In this document: positions 62,816-64,000 of the stretch, piece after piece
Layout: each line of letters begins with the position of its first letter
Position numbering within the stretch: the first letter of the stretch is position 1
Source of the DNA: Sphyrna mokarran
Lineage: Eukaryota
Assembly: GCA_024679065.1 (NCBI GenBank)
Contig: JAGIQG010000009.1
Coordinates: forward strand, 61,938,001-62,002,000
Reading direction: 5' to 3'
DNA length: 64,000 nucleotides
The notes under the pieces: model-generated
Told to the model about the DNA's origin: nothing
The model's database searches: none
Seen by the model: the letters and a program-made list of their open reading frames with translations, nothing else
Program-made: the position numbers and the translations under genes

Positions 62816-64000
62816 GTTCATTCCCACTAGCACAGGAAGACTGAAAATATTGTAGAGCTAAGTTTTTAAACCTTAAGAGCTATAAAAATACATGGCAGTC
62901 TGCTGAACCATTTCTATATTTATTACAGTCAAAAGGAGTTCCAAAGTTTCAGCAACAGAGGCCCTTGAGCAAAAGTCCCCTTATTTAAGTATACATGATC
63001 AAAGCTTTTGTCACAGGCATTACACCCCTATAAATGACTGCTGGCCTTTAGCATGCTTGGGAAGGCTCAAGGGAGAATATAGTGTCTCTGGGCCATTTAA
63101 GAAAATTCAGAAGAGCAAGTTTTCTCGCTAGTGATTGTTAGTAACTTTACAGTCAGCTGATGTGGATGTGTGTGTACTAAAGGAAATAGCAATGAGATTC
63201 ATCATTTACATGATGTGACCAATTAAGTCACTTGGGACTTTTTATTTAATAAAGGCCTGGCCAATCAATGTTGAGAGAATAAGCAGTTACTGTACTGAAC
63301 TCGATGACACTGCGTTCACATTCTTCGTTCATTCCTGAATGAGCATTTCTGAACTCATTCACCCCTATGGTGTTCACGAGATATGGATCTTTCACACTAC
63401 AGACAATGGGACCAGAGTAGTATTCGGTGCAGTGTTCAAAGGATAACTTAAGCCCCTTTTTTAAAAAAATAACTGACTGTAGTAGTGACAATTTGCAACT
63501 GGAATATTAAACTCATGATTTCACATCCACGTTGTGGATAAAAGGAGAGACTTGGAAACTGAGGATAAGTTTTTTTTTGTCATTTGCAGGACAAATTAAA
63601 AGCAAACACATGCTGCCTAACTATCTGTGCTGAGTCTCGACATAGGTGATCAGAACTGAATTAAGCTGCTTCAACAACCTGATTGTAGTGCTTCTTTGTT
63701 GATGAGGCTATTTTCCACTGTGGTCTCAGTATTTTGTCTACCCATTTCCCAAATACTGTTAGTACCCTAACTAAAATATTACTTGTTTAATTCCTTTGGT
63801 TTTTTAAAAATAAGTGAATTATATCTTGAGTGCTTCATTTATAAAGACTCCTTGCTGATGAGAAATGTGGTTTCAGATTGAACAAGATATAAATGTAGGG
63901 TGGGATTTTCTACCCACTTCACTCCACGCTATGTATTTTCCAGTAATGGTCGTGGCTCAACTTTGGTGGCATTCAGCAGGCTGCTGAGGTCCAAGCTATT

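Overview
This is eukaryotic, AT-rich, CpG-depleted genomic DNA, almost certainly from a shark or other elasmobranch, judged from the many HE1-type V-SINEs, CR1 LINE fragments and DeuSINEs. No intact, nameable protein-coding gene is visible; most listed ORFs are repeat-derived or spurious. Bases 1-40.5 kb are repeat-dense. They hold about 25 SINE copies, two long decayed CR1 LINEs each carrying an LTR-like insertion, and an internally deleted PIF/Harbinger transposon with a Myb/SANT-like gene and a convergent HARBI1-type transposase remnant (24.3-27.2 kb). They also hold several MITEs with Harbinger-like ends, palindromic Penelope-type elements with decayed hammerhead-ribozyme cores, a 35-bp minisatellite, and a 144-N gap next to a 304-bp near-identical duplication. 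At ~41.3 kb there is a clear Pol II promoter (four CCAAT boxes, a CACGTGAC E-box overlapping an ACTACAnnTCCC motif, a TATA-like box). Candidate + strand 5' exons follow (41.45-41.63, 41.81-42.07, 56.81-56.90 kb, and possibly a 12-nt microexon at 60.05 kb) within a repeat-poor, intron-like region. The gene's identity cannot be established from this window. Repeat family names come from recalled consensus similarity, not from a database search, and repeat boundaries are approximate.
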